Below are positions 35,170 to 37,998 of a stretch of DNA of 37,998 nucleotides, one piece after another (the stretch's first letter is position 1; each line of letters opens with the position of its first letter). This DNA comes from Clostridiales bacterium (GTDB lineage: Bacteria; Bacillota; Clostridia; Lachnospirales; WQUN01), in the NCBI GenBank assembly GCA_031269415.1, contig JAISZF010000050.1, positions 1 through 37,998 on the forward strand, given 5' to 3'. The translations under genes were made by a program, and so were the position numbers. The notes beneath the pieces are model-generated. The model did no database searches and was not told where the DNA came from. It saw only the letters and a program-made list of their open reading frames with translations.

Positions 35170-36687
35170 ATGAAGCTCAATCCACTCCAAATTTTTTATT
35201 TAATAAAAGATAATGACGGCGCTTTTATTACAATGAATGCGAGCGCCTATAAACCTTTATTTATAAAGCATACCCGGCAGGATTATTTGAATGAAGGAAT
35301 ACCGGGTATAGAGCCAATGACCGCGCAGGAATTAAATTTTGAACGTGACGAGCAGACAAGGAAGCTGTACAGCACGGATTGTTACGCGGAAGAAAAATTT
35401 GACGGGACAAGGGCTATACTGCATATAGGGAAGCAGCATAGCCGTATATTCAGTCGGAATATAAGTACGAAAAGTAATTGGTATAATGAATTTACTGATA
35501 GCCTGCCGCAATTAAGAGGATTATCCAGTGAGCAGTATGAAGGAACAATTCTTGACGGCGAGTTATTAATCCCCAATAGGCCGTTTAAAGATATATCGGC
35601 CACAATGAATTGCCTGTGGGATGAAGCAATTAACCGTCAGCTTAAATTAGGTTTCGCCGTATTGAATGTATTTGATATTGTTCATTACAGGGGACTCGAC
35701 ATTATCCATAAGCCTTTGGCCGAAAGGAAACGTTTTTTGCGTGAAGTCGTTAAGGCGTTGCATAGTGCTTACTTATCGGAAGTCTTGTATTTTGATGATA
35801 CGATAACCGTAGTTATACCGGAATCCCTTGTACATCAATTAATGACTGAATACTATTATAAGATTTCCGGGGAAGAAAATTTGCTGTATCCTAATTTATC
35901 AAATTTATTAGCCCAGCAGATTTATGGATTCAGCAAGGATATAACCGGAGATTTTAAATTACGTAATGTTGATAAACAAACATACTACGAGTATATTGTT
36001 GCAATGGGCGGTGAGGGGATTATTCTTAAAGATAAATCAGCCCCATACGAACATAAGAGAAGCAAAGCATTTCTAAAAGTAAAGAAGAATTTTACCCGAG
36101 AAGTTATCATTACTGGGTTTAGCGAACCAACAAAAGAGTATAATGGGAAGCTTCCGGAAACATGGAATTATTGGGAAAACTCAAAAACCGGGGAAATAAA
36201 AGTATTTGACTGGAGCAGTTCAGTGGACAACGACTATTACGCGCGAAATGAGAGCCATTTAATACCGGTATCCAAATACTACGCAGAGCATTGGGTTGGC
36301 AATATTCAGTTTGGCGTTGCTATATCCGACGATGAGGTTAAAACGCTGTCCAAGAAAAAGACGTTTTACATTCAGAAGATGCGGTTTGGTCATAAAATAG
36401 TTAATGTAATTGAGATCGGGGAATGCGCAGGTTTTGACGAAGAAACGCGCCACATGTTCAGTAGTCAGTATTTGTCCAAGGATGGATATATTCATTGTAT
36501 TACAGACACTGATTATGAGCGCGCGGAGAGGAATGAATTTCAACCTGTTCAGTGGGAGGGCAAAGTAATCGAAGTACTGGCGAATGATTTGTTTAAAGAT
36601 ACCGGCAAATTGAGGCACCCAAGATTTTTAAGATTGCGTGAAGATAAATCCCCGCTGGAATGTAATTGGAAGAACCATATAGCATAA
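35170..36687 (+). CDS. ATP-dependent DNA ligase (phage type)
   Basis: 505 aa. The nucleotidyltransferase motifs are I KFDGTR (Lys codon 35395-35397), III ILDGELL, IIIa FAVLNVFDI, IV GEGIILKD, V FLKVKK and VI RHPRFLRLREDK. SD GAAGGG precedes the start. Confidence 0.85.
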   Translation: MKLNPLQIFYLIKDNDGAFITMNASAYKPLFIKHTRQDYLNEGIPGIEPMTAQELNFERDEQTRKLYSTDCYAEEKFDGTRAILHIGKQHSRIFSRNISTKSNWYNEFTDSLPQLRGLSSEQYEGTILDGELLIPNRPFKDISATMNCLWDEAINRQLKLGFAVLNVFDIVHYRGLDIIHKPLAERKRFLREVVKALHSAYLSEVLYFDDTITVVIPESLVHQLMTEYYYKISGEENLLYPNLSNLLAQQIYGFSKDITGDFKLRNVDKQTYYEYIVAMGGEGIILKDKSAPYEHKRSKAFLKVKKNFTREVIITGFSEPTKEYNGKLPETWNYWENSKTGEIKVFDWSSSVDNDYYARNESHLIPVSKYYAEHWVGNIQFGVAISDDEVKTLSKKKTFYIQKMRFGHKIVNVIEIGECAGFDEETRHMFSSQYLSKDGYIHCITDTDYERAERNEFQPVQWEGKVIEVLANDLFKDTGKLRHPRFLRLREDKSPLECNWKNHIA

Positions 36688-36718
36688 GTGATAATAGCCA
36701 AATATTAATCCGATACGA

Positions 36719-36756
36719 TAATGGCAGTCATAGATAATTATCTATGGCTGCCATTA
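36719..36756. repeat. 19-bp near-perfect palindrome between the convergent ligase and HNH genes (hairpin without U tract)
   Basis: TAATGGCAGTCATAGATAA / TTATCTATGGCTGCCATTA, with a single G-T position. There are no flanking T or A runs. Confidence 0.6.
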
Positions 36757-36791
36757 CATTACAGTTGGCCGGATTTTAAGGAGGGGAAGGT

Positions 36792-37982
36792 TCAACAATT
36801 GTCATTATTATCAATTGTGACCTGTAATTCTCTAATATGAGTAAACTGTAACTGCTCAATAATAAATTTTAATAAATCAGGCTTATAGCTATCTAGCCAG
36901 TGAGGATCGTTACCTTTATATAATACTATTTCAAATATACCCGTATTGCCTTCAAAGTCGCCTGAACCTGGGTCGCCGGGATGGTCTATATATGCACACG
37001 CCGCGCATTGATAAAACCAGTTAACAATTCGGGCAATCGTCCATTCAGTGGCTTCCGAATAAGGCGGGTTAAATAACTGCAATTTGTTTGGCGCGGACAA
37101 CAGGCTTGTAGAATTCTTTTTAAAATTAATAATCCGCGTGCCCTTTAGATTATGGCAATACTCACATAGGCATTGCAAATTATCTTCATCGTCATTGCCG
37201 CCGCGTGACACGGGGATAATATGATCAATCTCAATGTACCGTATTTCCCGCTCTTCAAATAACCTGGAATAGCAAGCGTGGCACCTGTTTTCATTTTTTT
37301 TGCGGATTTCCTGTTTCCGTTCGTGTGTTAAAGGTTCCAAAGTTACGGCGGATTCCCCATAAGCGTCGTTATATACCGGCGGGGAATAATAAAGTCGGTT
37401 GGCGTTGTCATACGCTGTCCTGAATGTGTTAAAATCTTTATATAACAGTTTCCAGTGCAGTTGGCTATCATTGAATAGTTTTTCAAGCCGGCTGTGAATC
37501 TCCGGTCCGGGCAAGACAGTAATCTCCTTCACTACTTGGTCCATATCGTATTTTTTGCGGTCACTGTAATCAAAAAATACGGGCTTGGTATCATTCTGCG
37601 CTACATGGCGAATTAGTTTCTGTACGTTTGTTATTAGCTCATCATCAAAATTGTCAATAGGGTCGTCGAAAAAATCCCCGACTAGCTTTGTCGCTTTGTA
37701 ATACAAGGCTGATTCGTTAACCGTCTCACTGCCGTACCGCTTTTTGTTCCATAAATATTCAGGCATTTTTTCCAGCATGTTTTCGTATTTTGCGCGGTTG
37801 AATTCATATACGAGGATTGTCTCATTTTCAATTGTACTGGAATCGTTCTCGCTGTCTACATTTACGTATGAACACTTATACCAGCCAACAGGCAGATAGG
37901 TTATATACTTCATTTGTTCGTAACTTTCGTATTTTATATCCCGGCTTAGATTCTTTACTAATTGTATGGAAATCAAATCCAT
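36792..37982 (-). CDS. large HNH-nuclease-domain protein with unassigned N- and C-terminal regions (possibly 5'-truncated by the window)
   Basis: 396 aa from ATG 37982. The HNH/zinc-ribbon core is CHACYS...EIDHIIPVSRGGNDDEDNLQCLCEYCHNLKG (about nt 37143-37283). No SD is present, and there is no in-frame stop in the 16 nt up to the window edge. Confidence 0.8.
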   Translation of the reverse strand: MDLISIQLVKNLSRDIKYESYEQMKYITYLPVGWYKCSYVNVDSENDSSTIENETILVYEFNRAKYENMLEKMPEYLWNKKRYGSETVNESALYYKATKLVGDFFDDPIDNFDDELITNVQKLIRHVAQNDTKPVFFDYSDRKKYDMDQVVKEITVLPGPEIHSRLEKLFNDSQLHWKLLYKDFNTFRTAYDNANRLYYSPPVYNDAYGESAVTLEPLTHERKQEIRKKNENRCHACYSRLFEEREIRYIEIDHIIPVSRGGNDDEDNLQCLCEYCHNLKGTRIINFKKNSTSLLSAPNKLQLFNPPYSEATEWTIARIVNWFYQCAACAYIDHPGDPGSGDFEGNTGIFEIVLYKGNDPHWLDSYKPDLLKFIIEQLQFTHIRELQVTIDNNDNC

Positions 37983-37998
37983 TGGGTTGTATTTTTGT

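Larger units (their letters stand above)
32879..37998. mobile_element. left part of a tRNA-Arg-associated integrative element (prophage, satellite or genomic island); right end outside the window
   Basis: Composition visibly shifts to AT-rich right after the tRNA. A tyrosine integrase lies next to the tRNA, followed by an XRE repressor, a divergent Cro-like gene and an excisionase-like gene, then cargo genes. Confidence 0.7.

Noticed and set aside
32879-37998. Searched the island for a second copy of the tRNA-Arg 3' end (attR) and for transposase, IS or CRISPR elements
   Set aside because: None was seen by eye within the window. The other element boundary must lie beyond nt 37998, so the element size cannot be stated.

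Overview
About 38 kb from what looks like an endospore-forming Firmicute (Clostridia-type) chromosome of intermediate GC, judged by eye; the taxon is inferred from gene content. nt 1 to ~32.8 kb is tightly packed core genome. In order it carries a polytopic membrane protein, a secreted metallophosphoesterase, topB, an AMIN+Amidase_3 cell-wall amidase, thyX, a CotF-like coat gene pair, abrB, spmAB, purC and a ylbJ-like gene. Next comes the tail of the division cluster (yggS/ylmE-sepF-yggT-ylmH), followed by a REC-GGDEF regulator, a TrmH-family methyltransferase and aroC-lysA. After that are a polysaccharide deacetylase coupled to a truncated UvrC/Cho-like nuclease, htrA, a Cof phosphatase, veg and a SipL-like DUF3794-LysM protein. 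The core ends with the B. subtilis-like block darA-yaaR-holB-yaaT(ricT)-yabB(trmN6), then trxB and tRNA-Arg(CCT). Directly after the tRNA (~32,880) the sequence turns visibly AT-rich and carries an integrative element: tyrosine integrase, XRE repressor, divergent Cro-like and excisionase-like genes. Its cargo is an ATP-dependent DNA ligase convergent with a large HNH nuclease whose flanking domains I cannot assign and whose frame is still open at the window edge. That ligase/HNH cargo is my best candidate for an undescribed system (defence or counter-defence), but it is truncated by the window and the assignment is inference only. Secondary observations:
- a candidate small RNA or attenuator downstream of lysA, with a consensus promoter, tandem TGTCGAA boxes and an intrinsic terminator;
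- a duplicated 12-mer carrying a 0A-like box around the abrB start;
- a probable non-canonical (ATC) start for the first membrane protein;
- an NGEEF variant diguanylate cyclase;
- an unexplained 226-nt spacer between the amidase gene and thyX.
I saw no CRISPR array, rRNA or transposase.
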